DNA from: a virus
Taxonomy: Duplodnaviria > Heunggongvirae > Uroviricota > Caudoviricetes
IMG/VR virus record: IMGVR_UViG_2724679074_000004
Location: 1-33,787 of that record
Direction: 5' to 3' (one strand)
Length of the DNA stretch: 33,787 bases
Shown here: positions 1 through 10,442 of the stretch, one piece after another
Layout: the number at the start of each line of letters is the position of its first letter
How positions within the stretch are numbered: position 1 is the stretch's first letter
Position numbers and translations under genes: made by a program
The notes under the pieces: generated by a model
Told to the model about the DNA's origin: nothing
What the model saw: only the letters and a program-made list of their open reading frames with translations
Database searches by the model: none

Positions 1-8
1 ATATATAT

Positions 9-28
9 GAGGGTGTTAATGCACCCTC
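9..28. terminator. Hairpin (7-bp stem gagggtg/caccctc, 6-nt loop) followed by a T-run on the + strand, immediately beyond the tailspike stop; probable (bidirectional) terminator at the prophage edge
   Basis: Perfect inverted repeat read directly; atttttatta follows on + strand; on the minus strand it lies just 3' of the tailspike stop (36-38) but is followed by AT-rich rather than pure T sequence. Confidence 0.4.
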
Positions 29-35
29 ATTTTTA

Positions 36-2318
36 TTACGGACCGATTATAATCTGGTCAGATGGGCTATCACTGTCTGGCTTTGAAGTTCTCATCTTTA
101 ATTTGTTATCTGCACTAACCCACAAATATCTCCCATTGATTACTAGGTACCCATCAGAGTAGTTACCGTCGAAATTTATTCCTCCCTTAACCCTAGCTCC
201 GTTCCATCCAGACCCTGAAGCAAAGGATCCTTTTAGTTTGTTAGGTTCCATTTGCGGGTTGGTTATTGATCCAGCAAGAATAATACTTGATGATACAGAA
301 GATTTATCCCTACATCCCGCACCAATTATTAAACCATCCTGCGATTGCGCTTGAATAGTAATTGCCGATGTTGATTCGGATAAACTGTTTACTTCAACCT
401 TGTTGTTGCTTCCAATGGTGTAATCTACGCCTGTGACTGGATTTCTTACGCCAGCTCCGAATCTGCACGCTATGTTTATATTTGTACCTGTCCCAAGCCC
501 AGTGGTTTTCATCTTGAAATCACTGTCAATGGATCCAAGTACGCTGAATGACTTGCACATCCCCCTAACATCTGAGCCTACCAAATCTCTTATTTCCATA
601 GGTTCTTCCGGTGTATTTATATCTGTAAAAACACTATACGCACATCCCTGAAGAAATACCTGACCACCGCTTATGTTTGTTACAACTGAATTTAGTAGGC
701 CGTAAAACCATACGCCTCTGTTTACGGTCGATCTTGGTTTTTCTACAATAACACCATCAATTGTCATCCCCTTGTTCCAACAATAGTATGGAGTATATAA
801 TGCGTCCACAAACACACCATAATCACCTTGATTGCCAGTAGCCGTTGTATTATCAACCGTTATTCCTGAAATCTGCATCTTGGGACAACTCATAAACTTG
901 CATGCAGCGTTATCAGTAACTGATGATGACCCACCCACCCTTAAATCTCTAGCTCTAGATCGACCAAAACAATAGGTGTGATTTATTGATGATGGCTCCC
1001 CGACCCCAATAGAGTTGATGCTTTCAACGGTCGAATCATAGTTATAGCCAACGATAAGCCTATCAATTTCTAAATTGCATATTTTTGGGGTATCACACTG
1101 TCTAATCTCAAGGCGCTTTATTCTCCCCCCGCCACAAATAACAACATTTGGCACGAGATCTGATTTTACAATCCATGGATTTATGTGCGTGTAGTTTAGT
1201 CTTGCCTTAAGAAATATTCCAGTGCTGTTAATGCTATGTATCTTTGCCAACTCAAAGTAATATGGCTTAGCCTCAACTGAATACGCCCCGCTAGTGTTCT
1301 CAATCCTTATAACATCACCAACTGAGAATAAAGAAGTGTAATCTCCAGGGATGATGTAGTCATCATTATTTAAAGTGCCATTGTATTTAATTGCAGCTTG
1401 TAGCTCAATGACATCAGGGTTTTGATATGGAAATCTAGTTGGAGTGCTTAGTGTTAGCGAAGTTCCGCTTTTACCTGAAATATTTGAAATATCAACCCCC
1501 GTCTCATTACCTTGTGACGCACTTCCGCCATCGCCATCCCTCAACTTCAATGCAGCAGCGCCTCCAATAGAGAATGATGAGAAATTACCAGCTATGTTTG
1601 TTGTGCCAGCCGGCACAGATGACCATGGCAATGTTGTGCTTACTTTGTTTTTCTCTTTGAAATATTTACCCTGAATGATAAGTGAGAAATTTAGAAATGA
1701 AGATGGACTTACCTCAATATTTGCCGGAATATCTATTATAACTGGATTGCTAGTATAGGTACCATTCATGAATTTACAAGAAACACCCTTCTCAAACGCT
1801 GAGGTTATAGCGTTCCTAATGCTAGTAGTGTTATCAGCTATAGGTTTACCATTTGCATATCCATGCGCCTCTGGAGTCTCCCAGCCAAGCAGTGGATACA
1901 CATAGTCTGCAAAATCCTGAACACTTCCTCCATCTTCCATTCCTATGAAAGATGCTCCAGAATCTGAAGATAGCAATATTAATAGATTCCCAGGGTCTAC
2001 TTTTGATAGGTCGCCCCAATAGTATTGTTGTGAACCATATGTATCATACACCGCCATGCTGAAGTTCTGTTTGGTGATGAACTTCATAATTTGGCCGTTA
2101 TAAACAGGGAAGCCTCCAGCGTTAATGATGATTGGCTGAGAAACCTGAACCTCGGATCCATTCTCATTAACGGCATATACCGGAATTTGGTTAGCAGGAT
2201 TTACCGGGTCAGTGTCAGGGTTTCCGATATAGATTTTCCCGTTCGCCACTGATTTAAATGCTCGTGGCGCCGAAAAAGGTGTAGACGGCATAGAGACAAG
2301 GTAATTGGTGTCAGTCAT
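36..2318 (-). CDS. Tailspike protein: P22 gp9-like N-terminal head-binding domain fused to a divergent receptor-binding domain
   Basis: 760 aa ORF; first ~110 aa (SAPRAFKSVANGKIYIGNPDTDPVNPANQIPVY..) closely match the remembered P22 tailspike head-binding domain; remainder does not resemble the P22 domain; last gene of the late operon. Confidence 0.85.
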   Translation of the reverse strand: MTDTNYLVSMPSTPFSAPRAFKSVANGKIYIGNPDTDPVNPANQIPVYAVNENGSEVQVSQPIIINAGGFPVYNGQIMKFITKQNFSMAVYDTYGSQQYYWGDLSKVDPGNLLILLSSDSGASFIGMEDGGSVQDFADYVYPLLGWETPEAHGYANGKPIADNTTSIRNAITSAFEKGVSCKFMNGTYTSNPVIIDIPANIEVSPSSFLNFSLIIQGKYFKEKNKVSTTLPWSSVPAGTTNIAGNFSSFSIGGAAALKLRDGDGGSASQGNETGVDISNISGKSGTSLTLSTPTRFPYQNPDVIELQAAIKYNGTLNNDDYIIPGDYTSLFSVGDVIRIENTSGAYSVEAKPYYFELAKIHSINSTGIFLKARLNYTHINPWIVKSDLVPNVVICGGGRIKRLEIRQCDTPKICNLEIDRLIVGYNYDSTVESINSIGVGEPSSINHTYCFGRSRARDLRVGGSSSVTDNAACKFMSCPKMQISGITVDNTTATGNQGDYGVFVDALYTPYYCWNKGMTIDGVIVEKPRSTVNRGVWFYGLLNSVVTNISGGQVFLQGCAYSVFTDINTPEEPMEIRDLVGSDVRGMCKSFSVLGSIDSDFKMKTTGLGTGTNINIACRFGAGVRNPVTGVDYTIGSNNKVEVNSLSESTSAITIQAQSQDGLIIGAGCRDKSSVSSSIILAGSITNPQMEPNKLKGSFASGSGWNGARVKGGINFDGNYSDGYLVINGRYLWVSADNKLKMRTSKPDSDSPSDQIIIGP

Positions 2319-2418
2319 TTGATGTGCTCCTGGCGCAATTAGTCCCCACAGCAGAGCTGCGGCAAGCTATAGTTACATACCGAAATGGTACGATTGTTGA
2401 TTTATCCAGTAGGTTACG

Positions 2419-2826
2419 ATGCCATTCCACCCAACTGGTGAGGCATCAAGGATGTACAGCAAATACGACGAGGCGAAGTTTCACTTGAGACTTCCGCATG
2501 AACTCCACGCGAAAATTAAACAGCGCGCGAAGATGAATAACAGGTCACTGAACTCAGAGATAATTGCAGCGATTGAAGAATCATTGGCTAAACAAAGCTC
2601 TGCATCAGTTTACATTGACGATGCAGAGCGTATGCAGAACAACAATCTGATATGGTTAAGAAAATTGTCTTTGATACGCTCAAAGAGCTATATAAAAAAG
2701 ACAGCAGTTAACCATCAGTTACGGAGGATTTATGCAAAGAGATACGCTGAATATTGCGTTCTACATATTTGGTTTTTGCACGTTCCTGGTGTTTGCGAAG
2801 CTATTCTGACAACGCATCAGACTTAG
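2419..2826 (+). CDS. mnt: Mnt-like ribbon-helix-helix repressor (immI remnant); true start possibly the internal ATG at ~2452; C-terminal ~40 aa extension overlaps gp16 3' end
   Basis: Segment FHLRLPHELHAKIKQRAKMNNRSLNSEIIAAIEESL resembles the RHH N-terminus of P22 Mnt/Arc; divergent orientation between gene 16 and gene 9 homologs matches P22 mnt. Confidence 0.55.
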   Translation: MPFHPTGEASRMYSKYDEAKFHLRLPHELHAKIKQRAKMNNRSLNSEIIAAIEESLAKQSSASVYIDDAERMQNNNLIWLRKLSLIRSKSYIKKTAVNHQLRRIYAKRYAEYCVLHIWFLHVPGVCEAILTTHQT

Positions 2827-4798
2827 CCCCCTGAGTCAGGGCGTTAATGGCCTTTTGTGCCTGCTGCATGGCTTTCTCAAACGCTGTTGATCCGCGTGGG
2901 GTGTTTGCCATTCGGAGCATTGCATTTCTGAATGCCTCGCTCTCATAGGCGCGAGTAAGAAGTCCGTAGCTTACTGCTGCGCCAGTTGTTGCAGGGTTCA
3001 TTGCCGTCCCATACCCAATAATGAACGGGATGGTTTGCTGACCTGTGGGCGTTGTTACTGCCGCTTTTGCAGCCTGCTGCGTGGATTGAAGGTAGTTTTT
3101 CAATCCTTTCAGATAAGCAGCATCCTGCCCCTTAAATGTTATTCCAGTCTGGTTTTGCAGGATGTTAAGCTGTCGAAGAAACTGGTCAGGGGAACCACCT
3201 GATTTCTCCATCGCCTTTCCAATGATGCCATTGCGCATTTGCGCCCTACCAACACGACCAACTGAGTTATACAGAGTCTTAATTTCAGATTTGTTCTTGC
3301 TGAATAGCATGTTGTTGACAACTTCCGGCGTCAGGTCGCCTTTCATGAGAACATTCTTCAGCCTGGTATTCTTTAGTTTCGCCGCTTCGTCAGCGTAGAC
3401 GGCATTGGCCTGCTGATATTTACGGAGAGTATCGTTGCCAAGATTCTGACCAATGGCACCATTGATATCGTCGGTCATTGCCTTGTAAACGCGCTGAATG
3501 GCAGCATCGGAACGGTTTGGTAACACTGGTCGCTCACCCTTCACATCCATTCTGAACTGGCTGCGCAGATCGCTTAATTGCTTCAAATCCAGATTTACCG
3601 GACCATCAGGACCAGCATTGCGAACAAGCTCATCACGATAGGACTGAAGTTTTGAAATAGTCTCGTTATCAGCAACCTTACCGAGCTTCTGAAGGTTAGA
3701 TATTTCTGTATCAATCTGCTGAACTGCTCGTGCAGGCTGAATGTTTACTCCTGCCATAGCATTCTGAACCTGCTCCAGTCGATTACCGGCAGCACGACGA
3801 ATTCCTGATGTTTTCGCTTTAAGGCTGTCAATAACAACCGCTGGGTCATACTCACCGAATTTATCGGCAAATCTCTGCACCAACTGGCTTCTCGCTTCCT
3901 GTTGCGTTGCTCTCATTCCGCTTGTTCCAGCCAGAGGGATATTTTCTGCTGTAGTCTGCGCCATTTTTCCGACGCGGGAAGTAGGCTGTAACAGGTCTGT
4001 GGTGTGCAGAGGAACGCCTTCACGCTCTGCAAACCTGATAGCCTGCTGCGCTTCAGGCGCAATAGCACCACGAACGCCACGATAAGCAGCACCTAATCCA
4101 CGTCCGGCAGCGTTAATAGCACCGCCAGCCAGCACACCAACGCCTAAATCGGTGGCGAGTGCTTCCGCATCATCTTTCGCACTATTTGCAGCAAGTGATC
4201 CAACTGCGTTTTCAGCGAGAAGGCGAGTTGCCCCCTGAGCAATTCGACCAGCAAGTGTTGGTGCCTGTGCTGCCGCTCTCTCAACGCCAGCAGGAGTGAG
4301 GTAAGGCAATGCTTCAGCAAATATCCTTCCCTCTGTCGTTTGTGGAGTCAGCGCGCCTTGCTGAAGGCCAAAGTCCTGCTCTAATCCCTGCGTTGTTACT
4401 CGTGGAGCTGGTTGATATGTACCATCGCCAATACCGAGTTTACCGCCAGCCCATGCCGCCGCGCTTGTTACAGCATCGGCAACTGATGCAGGTATGTTTG
4501 CCACATTCACGCCAGCCTGCACCAGTCCGCGACCAGTCTCTTTTACTGCTTCGCCAAGATCAGACATAAATCCACTTTGCTGTGGTTGTTGCTGTGCTAC
4601 TGGCTGTTGTGTCTCCACTGGCTGCACAGATGGCAATGGATAGGCAGCATAGAAAGCTTGCTTAGCCTGCTCTGCATTTTCTCCGGCTTGCGGGGCCACG
4701 ACTTCATTGAAGTATTGCTCCTGAGCCTGCGCTTTTTGTTCTGGTGCTAACGCCTGATACTGTGGAGAGGCGATAACATCTTTCCATGCTTTAGCCAT
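2801..4798 (-). CDS. Ejection (DNA-injection) protein, P22 gp16-like
   Basis: 665 aa ORF in the gp7-gp20-gp16 position and order; Gly/Ala/Gln-rich; size close to P22 gp16 (609 aa). Confidence 0.75.
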   Translation of the reverse strand: MAKAWKDVIASPQYQALAPEQKAQAQEQYFNEVVAPQAGENAEQAKQAFYAAYPLPSVQPVETQQPVAQQQPQQSGFMSDLGEAVKETGRGLVQAGVNVANIPASVADAVTSAAAWAGGKLGIGDGTYQPAPRVTTQGLEQDFGLQQGALTPQTTEGRIFAEALPYLTPAGVERAAAQAPTLAGRIAQGATRLLAENAVGSLAANSAKDDAEALATDLGVGVLAGGAINAAGRGLGAAYRGVRGAIAPEAQQAIRFAEREGVPLHTTDLLQPTSRVGKMAQTTAENIPLAGTSGMRATQQEARSQLVQRFADKFGEYDPAVVIDSLKAKTSGIRRAAGNRLEQVQNAMAGVNIQPARAVQQIDTEISNLQKLGKVADNETISKLQSYRDELVRNAGPDGPVNLDLKQLSDLRSQFRMDVKGERPVLPNRSDAAIQRVYKAMTDDINGAIGQNLGNDTLRKYQQANAVYADEAAKLKNTRLKNVLMKGDLTPEVVNNMLFSKNKSEIKTLYNSVGRVGRAQMRNGIIGKAMEKSGGSPDQFLRQLNILQNQTGITFKGQDAAYLKGLKNYLQSTQQAAKAAVTTPTGQQTIPFIIGYGTAMNPATTGAAVSYGLLTRAYESEAFRNAMLRMANTPRGSTAFEKAMQQAQKAINALTQGAKSDALSE

Positions 4799-6153
4799 TA
4801 ATCACCCCATAGTGAAGAAAAGTTACTGCCGGCTGCTGGCTGTGATACCTGTGTAGGTTGAGATTGCTGCCGCTGAGATTTACCAACATTAACGTTATAT
4901 TGTTGGTTGTAATTGTCGGTATATTGCTGAATGTCGCGCATTGATTGTTGCAGTGCTTCAGGGCTTGAGAAATCAACCTGTGGCATACCTTGAAAATACA
5001 TCTTTGCTTCTGCAACGGTGTTGATACCGGATGCCCCCATGTCTCTGGCTGCTGCAATGCCCTGATTCTGCATCTTTCCTTGGATTCGCTGTGCAGCGTT
5101 GTATAGTTTCCTCTGATCACCACCAGATGCACGGCTACGAATATCTGCACCAAGAGCAGGAGAACCTGAAGAGCCTGTAATGCCAGTCATGAAGCCAAGA
5201 TCGTCAATTGATGCACCAGAAATTGCATCAAGATCTTTCTTCATTGCGTAATTCTGCGCACTTGCTGCCGATGTAGCCGGAGCGGCAATAGAGCCAGCAG
5301 GAACGCGAACCATATTCCCCTCGTTGTCGATACCTTCGTAGAACGCATTAGCCCCAGCGCCGTGAAGCTTCCCGCCTACCGTTACAGTTCTGCCATCTGC
5401 TAACTGAACTGTACGCTCATTATTCCCAACCGACCCTTTCATTGATGCTCTCTGCATCGATAAATCCTGACCGCGCATCGTGATATTCTGACCACGTGCT
5501 GTTAGCGCCTCTCCAGCCTTATTGCTGCGGATTGTCTCTGCCAGCCTGCCTCGGTCAATCTCACGACCAGCCATCTTGTCCTGAACATTGAAGTAGTCAA
5601 TCGGGCCAAGAGCAGCCATCCCAAGGTGATCAACAAACTCACCAAATCCTGAAGGGTTCTGCCGATACATCTGAGCAACGCTGTTAGGGTCAACACCGAC
5701 GCGAGTAAGTTCCTTGGCGTTGTTTTGCAGCCATGATTGCATTGCTTCTGGAGAAGATGACGCAAGACGTGCGCCAGCCGCTAATGTACCGATAGAATTA
5801 CGCTGGTCTTCATCAATGAATCCCATGCCTTTACGAACGGATTCAATCTGGTCTGGATATTGAGTAGCTAACTGACGCAAAGCACCGCGATCACCAGACG
5901 CATAAGCATTAGCGTATGCCTGCTGAAATTCTTTCTTCCGCTGAGCCTGCTTTTCCTGCTGAAAAACACCCGCAATACCTGAAAGGCCTTGCAAAGCAGT
6001 CAGCCCAACATTGTTAGCGCCTGAACGCTCAATATCATTGTTCTGCCTGATAAGCTGAAGCGTATTGCCGATGTCATTTACGCTCGGAGCGTTTGAGTTG
6101 ACGCCGCCGATACCAGCCAACAATCCGCCGTTTGTTCCTTGCCAAGTAGCCAT
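4798..6153 (-). CDS. Ejection protein, P22 gp20-like
   Basis: 451 aa ORF (P22 gp20 is ~471 aa) between gp7- and gp16-like genes; start overlaps upstream stop. Confidence 0.75.
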   Translation of the reverse strand: MATWQGTNGGLLAGIGGVNSNAPSVNDIGNTLQLIRQNNDIERSGANNVGLTALQGLSGIAGVFQQEKQAQRKKEFQQAYANAYASGDRGALRQLATQYPDQIESVRKGMGFIDEDQRNSIGTLAAGARLASSSPEAMQSWLQNNAKELTRVGVDPNSVAQMYRQNPSGFGEFVDHLGMAALGPIDYFNVQDKMAGREIDRGRLAETIRSNKAGEALTARGQNITMRGQDLSMQRASMKGSVGNNERTVQLADGRTVTVGGKLHGAGANAFYEGIDNEGNMVRVPAGSIAAPATSAASAQNYAMKKDLDAISGASIDDLGFMTGITGSSGSPALGADIRSRASGGDQRKLYNAAQRIQGKMQNQGIAAARDMGASGINTVAEAKMYFQGMPQVDFSSPEALQQSMRDIQQYTDNYNQQYNVNVGKSQRQQSQPTQVSQPAAGSNFSSLWGD

Positions 6154-6162
6154 GATTACCCC

Positions 6163-6855
6163 TTAAAACAACGAGCCAAGCAATCCGATACCAGCACCAA
6201 TGCCAGCGCCCCAAGGCGTTGATGTTCCCAAAAGGCTGGCAAGACCTGCACCGGCAATCGCACCAGACGTGCCGCCGCTAATTGCAGTCTGAAGACTTGA
6301 TGGTTTATTGGCATTAGCAGCGGCAAGTGCTGCGCTTTGCTGTGCAATGCTGCTCATGTTGTTGGCGTACGTCTGCCCGGCGTTTGCCTGACCTTGCAGC
6401 GCACCAAGCCCAACGTTTGCCAGATTGTTGTAGTTGCTCATCTGATTTGATAACCAAGACTGACCGAGTGTCGGCGCGATCGTAGCCAGTTGATTGCTTG
6501 TGGCTGTCGAACCAAGTCCACCCGTCGCCTCCGCAGCAGCAAGACTCTGGTAACGCGCCTGCCCTGCAAGGTCTTTATACTGCTGAGAGTTGTAATACTG
6601 ATTAAGTGCCTGCCCCTGACCTTCTAAACTGGAAAGGTTCTGAAGCTGGTTAACATACTGCTCCGCAAGCGGCGTGAACGGAGCAAGGTTTTTCATGATC
6701 GTCTGCCACTGCTGATTTTGCAGGTCTGCGGCATACTTCTGAGCTTCTGCTGCATACTTTGCGCTTTTATCAGAGCTACCACCTTTCCCGCCTTTTTCAG
6801 GGCACCAAGGTTCCTCGCCGCGCAGTTTTCTGCCCAGCTTAAATGCATATAACAT
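6163..6855 (-). CDS. Ejection protein, P22 gp7-like
   Basis: 230 aa (P22 gp7 229 aa); N-terminus MLYAFKLGRKLRGEE.. and conserved position. Confidence 0.75.
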   Translation of the reverse strand: MLYAFKLGRKLRGEEPWCPEKGGKGGSSDKSAKYAAEAQKYAADLQNQQWQTIMKNLAPFTPLAEQYVNQLQNLSSLEGQGQALNQYYNSQQYKDLAGQARYQSLAAAEATGGLGSTATSNQLATIAPTLGQSWLSNQMSNYNNLANVGLGALQGQANAGQTYANNMSSIAQQSAALAAANANKPSSLQTAISGGTSGAIAGAGLASLLGTSTPWGAGIGAGIGLLGSLF

Positions 6856-6857
6856 GG

Positions 6858-7313
6858 CTATCTCCCGTGATTCAGGAAGTCGATTAGTTCTTCGCGTGTG
6901 GCGCTATAAAAAGTCACGTCATCCACGCCTTTAAAGTATTTCTTGATGGTTCCGACACGCTTAAGGCCAATCATTGCGCAGTACATCTGACCGTGGCGGA
7001 ATTTGCGTGCAGCGAACGATGTGACGCACTGAACGGTGGTGTTAGTCAGAATGTATCGCCAGAACGCCAGCCCGATTTCCTTGCTGAAGCCACGAACCTC
7101 TGGCAGGTACATGGCGTGGCAATCGAATGTCAGCGGCTGAATCTCCTGATAGTAAACAATGCCGCCAAACTGACCGTGCACGTTAACCTCAAAGTAACGG
7201 CATTCAGGCTTGTAGTCGTATCCATCACCGTTGTTGCTTCCGGCAATAATGTCAGGGTGATTTCCGACTGCTTCGATCAGGTCGATATTTCGCGTTGGTT
7301 TGAACTGAATCAT
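6858..7313 (-). CDS. Head assembly/ejection-associated protein, P22 gp14-like
   Basis: 151 aa ORF located between tail needle and gp7 homologs exactly as gene 14 in P22-like genomes. Confidence 0.6.
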   Translation of the reverse strand: MIQFKPTRNIDLIEAVGNHPDIIAGSNNGDGYDYKPECRYFEVNVHGQFGGIVYYQEIQPLTFDCHAMYLPEVRGFSKEIGLAFWRYILTNTTVQCVTSFAARKFRHGQMYCAMIGLKRVGTIKKYFKGVDDVTFYSATREELIDFLNHGR

Positions 7314-8266
7314 TACTGCTCCGCGATTATCTTGATGGTTGTGGCAGTAAACGCCGCACCATTTGACTGAATGGTTAACGTACTGCCATTTGTGGCAAGA
7401 AAGCCGTCTTTATCCACACTGAAGAACGTAGCTAACAGGATGTTATCGGTTGTTGTCGCCGCATTGCGACTGCTGACCAACGTGTCAGGAACAGAGCCGG
7501 AAAAGGTTAGCTGCATTGACCTGTTTGCGGTTCCACTGGGCCACGTCCCGACAATCGACAACTTGAAGAACAAGGTTTTGTTCTCGTTGAACACAACCAT
7601 CTTGTTGTTAACGGTGTCGAAGAGTGGTGCCAGCGTGCCGGATGACGGCGTGAGCGTTTTCAGCAGGCTAACAAGGTTAGTCGGCGCTGTCGGGATGGTT
7701 ACAGATACTCCTGAGTAAACAACCTCTGATTTCTTGCGCGTGGTGGCATACTCAAGCGCAGATATTCTTGTTGAGTGATCACCAACTGTGCTTTGTAGCG
7801 TCGAAATACTTCCTTCTGCCGCTGTGAGCCTGGTATCAAGTGCGTCGATATCGGTTGTATTCTGAGTTATGCGCGCATCATGGTTTGCTAACTCAGATTC
7901 ATTGGCAGCAATTCGCGTCTCGTGATCAGCCAGCTCTGTTTCAGCAGCCGTAATCCTTGTTTCATGATCTGCAAGAGTGCTTTCCGCTGCTGCAATTCTA
8001 TTTTCATGATTGATGAGAGTTGCTTCAGCAGCTTCAATTCTGGATTCATGGTCTGCAAGGGTGACATCCTGCTCATCATTCTTCACCTGTGCATCATAAG
8101 CCCCCTTCCCTGCTTCGTTGGCCTTGTTAGCCACATTACCAACATCAGTACCCTGTGCAATAACGTAAAGCAGATACGACTGAGAGAAGATATTGCGTGG
8201 AAGGACTGATGTATCGAGCCGCGTAGCCTGGATGATTACTGGCTCATTGAGATTCGAATCAGCCAT
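7313..8266 (-). CDS. Tail needle (plug) protein, P22 gp26-like, with extended coiled-coil repeats and a C-terminal knob-like domain
   Basis: N-terminus [43 protein letters not shown] matches P22 gp26; repeated LADHE(T/S)RI..AAE heptad-like units; 317 aa vs 233 aa in P22, suggesting an Sf6-like knob. Confidence 0.85.
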   Translation of the reverse strand: MADSNLNEPVIIQATRLDTSVLPRNIFSQSYLLYVIAQGTDVGNVANKANEAGKGAYDAQVKNDEQDVTLADHESRIEAAEATLINHENRIAAAESTLADHETRITAAETELADHETRIAANESELANHDARITQNTTDIDALDTRLTAAEGSISTLQSTVGDHSTRISALEYATTRKKSEVVYSGVSVTIPTAPTNLVSLLKTLTPSSGTLAPLFDTVNNKMVVFNENKTLFFKLSIVGTWPSGTANRSMQLTFSGSVPDTLVSSRNAATTTDNILLATFFSVDKDGFLATNGSTLTIQSNGAAFTATTIKIIAEQ

Positions 8267-9684
8267 TACTCAATCCTTATCTGGCAGCCAGACAGAGTTA
8301 CAGGTGACTTCGTGATAACGCGCAATTTGAAGCCAACATTTTTCCTGATGCGCCCGACTCGCTTCCACAAAACGCGCTTGTCGTAAACGAACGGTTCATT
8401 CTGCTCAATCATCTGCTCACGCCCGTAATTTATGCCGTCAGTGGTTGCAGAGAGGAACAGTCGGTCGGCGTACTGCGCAACGCCAGTTGACGATTCAACC
8501 TCAAGGTCGAAAACTCTGGCGTTATCTGCTTTGAACAACGGAGTAAACAGCAGGTGTTCCTGCTGCTTGTCGTACTGGCTGCTGATATCGAACTGCAATT
8601 TGCCGGTAACCGATTCCAGCTTATCGCCGCACGTTATCTGATTGCCTTCGTAAATGAAGTCGATAGCGCGGTACACATCGTCATACAGACCTGTTTTCAG
8701 CACACACCATTGCGGACCATTGGCGCTTGAAGATGCGTCGTACACGAGAACATGGCGCGGAAGGTGGATAATCAGCAACTCATGAGCATCAAATCGCAGC
8801 GATTCCATCACACCATCAGCCAGTTCATCAGTAGTGTAGGAGCGGAGGATTTTCTCAATGCTCGCGCTGGCGATTGGTGACACCTGACCGGAGCCGATGA
8901 TGTATACAGACGGCGCACCTGTTGCCGGATTGCTGATGAACGCATACGAATCAGCAAACGGCGTTTTGCAGTAAGTCCCGGCGATGCCTTTTTGCACCAT
9001 CAGTGATGGCTGTGCGACATACAAAGCAGCACCAACGGTGGTTGCACCAGTCAGGGAAAAATACTCAATCGTCGATGAACCAAAGCAGACGATGAAGTCT
9101 CGCCATGTCCCGATACCGATGATGCCGTCCGGCTGAGACTCGGCACGATATTGTGCGCTGTAACGGTCAGGATGCGATTCGTCTTCAAGGTCAGTGATAA
9201 ACCATGAATCAGTGCCGTCTTTTGACCACGCATAACGCCCACGTAAACGCGTAATGTCGCGGACTGAACCTAACTCATACTGAGTGAATCCGCTGTCTGT
9301 AGGCCAGTTTGAGACGGTTTTAACCGTGCCATCATAGCGATACTCTACCAGTTGACCATTAACGCCTACAGCCTGAGATGTCCTACCGTGCGCCATTGAT
9401 ACGCGACCACTTCCGGCAACATCACCGACTTCACTTTCTCCTTTGTAGAGCTTGCCACCACACACGCGATAAACAGCATTCTGCGCCATGTTGTACTCGA
9501 CGCCGCGAGATACGCCGTTCACATCAGAACGTTTGGCAATGCCCGGGAATGAGCGAAGATATCCGCTGCTGTTCAGGATTTCTTTGGGTGTAGCCAGCAT
9601 ATTCACTGGCAGATAGTCGATATAGTCGGCGTTTCGAAAGTCTTTTCCGACACCTTTCATAAGCGGAAGTTGCTGAATCGGCAT
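8266..9684 (-). CDS. Tail hub protein, P22 gp10-like
   Basis: 472 aa, identical in length to P22 gp10; position between gp4 and gp26 homologs. Confidence 0.8.
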   Translation of the reverse strand: MPIQQLPLMKGVGKDFRNADYIDYLPVNMLATPKEILNSSGYLRSFPGIAKRSDVNGVSRGVEYNMAQNAVYRVCGGKLYKGESEVGDVAGSGRVSMAHGRTSQAVGVNGQLVEYRYDGTVKTVSNWPTDSGFTQYELGSVRDITRLRGRYAWSKDGTDSWFITDLEDESHPDRYSAQYRAESQPDGIIGIGTWRDFIVCFGSSTIEYFSLTGATTVGAALYVAQPSLMVQKGIAGTYCKTPFADSYAFISNPATGAPSVYIIGSGQVSPIASASIEKILRSYTTDELADGVMESLRFDAHELLIIHLPRHVLVYDASSSANGPQWCVLKTGLYDDVYRAIDFIYEGNQITCGDKLESVTGKLQFDISSQYDKQQEHLLFTPLFKADNARVFDLEVESSTGVAQYADRLFLSATTDGINYGREQMIEQNEPFVYDKRVLWKRVGRIRKNVGFKLRVITKSPVTLSGCQIRIE

Positions 9685-10184
9685 TATTCGCTCCCGTTAT
9701 CGCAAGGTTCCTTCCGGTGGAAGTAATTCCAACCGTTCCACTTCGCCAACTGATTACCACTACCAACAGGCATACGGTTTGGATAACCTGACTTACATTT
9801 AGCGGCTTTTGCCCTGTCCATTGCAGACAGTTTGACGAGTCGCTCTTTCCCGTATCTGGCAGTGGTTATAAGTTTTGCAGACGCTTCCAGCGCATAATCC
9901 GGAGCAATGCAGCAGGCAAGGTTGAAAATGACAGCATTTATAGCGTTATTTGATAAGCCGTGCTCATCGCCAGGATCCGGAGCAACATCTGCATCAGCAA
10001 AAATGTAGCCAACGTTGATCCCAGGTGACGCATCACCGCCAAGCCATTCAGCCATCATCATTTCAAGGTCGTTGACGCCGTCTTCCATAGACTGCGGTTC
10101 GACATCGGTTAACGTGGCATTTGATGCCACACCGAGCTTACGTAATGCCGCAAGAACTAAATCACCCTTCGTTGTCAGGTTCAT
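9684..10184 (-). CDS. Tail accessory / portal-closure protein, P22 gp4-like (start chosen at internal Met giving 166 aa)
   Basis: Sequence [43 protein letters not shown] matches remembered P22 gp4; ORF track extends to 10259 but 166 aa equals the P22 gp4 length. Confidence 0.8.
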   Translation of the reverse strand: MNLTTKGDLVLAALRKLGVASNATLTDVEPQSMEDGVNDLEMMMAEWLGGDASPGINVGYIFADADVAPDPGDEHGLSNNAINAVIFNLACCIAPDYALEASAKLITTARYGKERLVKLSAMDRAKAAKCKSGYPNRMPVGSGNQLAKWNGWNYFHRKEPCDNGSE

Positions 10185-10398
10185 CTGCTGCCGCCTTAGG
10201 TTTTCGACCAGGCTTTTTACGCTGTTTTTCTTCTGGATCTGGCTCTGGATCTGCGACATCCTTCAAAAGGTCATCAGGATGTGAAAACCAACCAGCATCC
10301 AGATATTCCTGAAGCTCTTCGGCTTTCACGATTTCAAAGTCGTATCCAACGCCTTTCCATTTCTTCATGTCGCCATGACGAAAGATCATGTGTGTCAT
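10162..10398 (-). CDS. Small conserved hypothetical protein between coat and gp4 genes
   Basis: ORF with GGAG 6 nt upstream of ATG ([24 protein letters not shown]..); acidic C-terminus with lysine-rich tail; overlaps gp4 start. Confidence 0.5.
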   Translation of the reverse strand: MTHMIFRHGDMKKWKGVGYDFEIVKAEELQEYLDAGWFSHPDDLLKDVADPEPDPEEKQRKKPGRKPKAAADEPDNEG

Positions 10399-10410
10399 GC
10401 TTGTCTCCAG

Positions 10411-10436
10411 ATAAAAAAGGGAGCCGAAGCTCCCTC
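10411..10436 (-). terminator. Intrinsic terminator/attenuator just downstream of the coat gene
   Basis: On the minus strand: GGGAGC-TTCG-GCTCCC hairpin followed by TTTTTTAT, located between coat stop (10443) and next start. Confidence 0.5.
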
Positions 10437-10442
10437 TGGTTA

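Noticed and set aside
433-1674. Plus-strand ORFs (433-651, 1444-1674) inside the tailspike gene
   Set aside because: Antisense to a well-supported, conserved structural gene; no RBS context; typical spurious ORFs in the opposite strand of long genes.
3139-4569. Short ORFs on both strands within the gp16-like gene (3139-3321, 3162-3398, 4309-4569)
   Set aside because: Embedded in or antisense to a conserved ejection-protein gene; no independent support.
6993-7718. Plus-strand ORFs 6993-7370 and 7371-7718 antisense to gp14 and tail needle genes
   Set aside because: Overlap conserved late genes on the opposite strand; the late operon is unidirectional.
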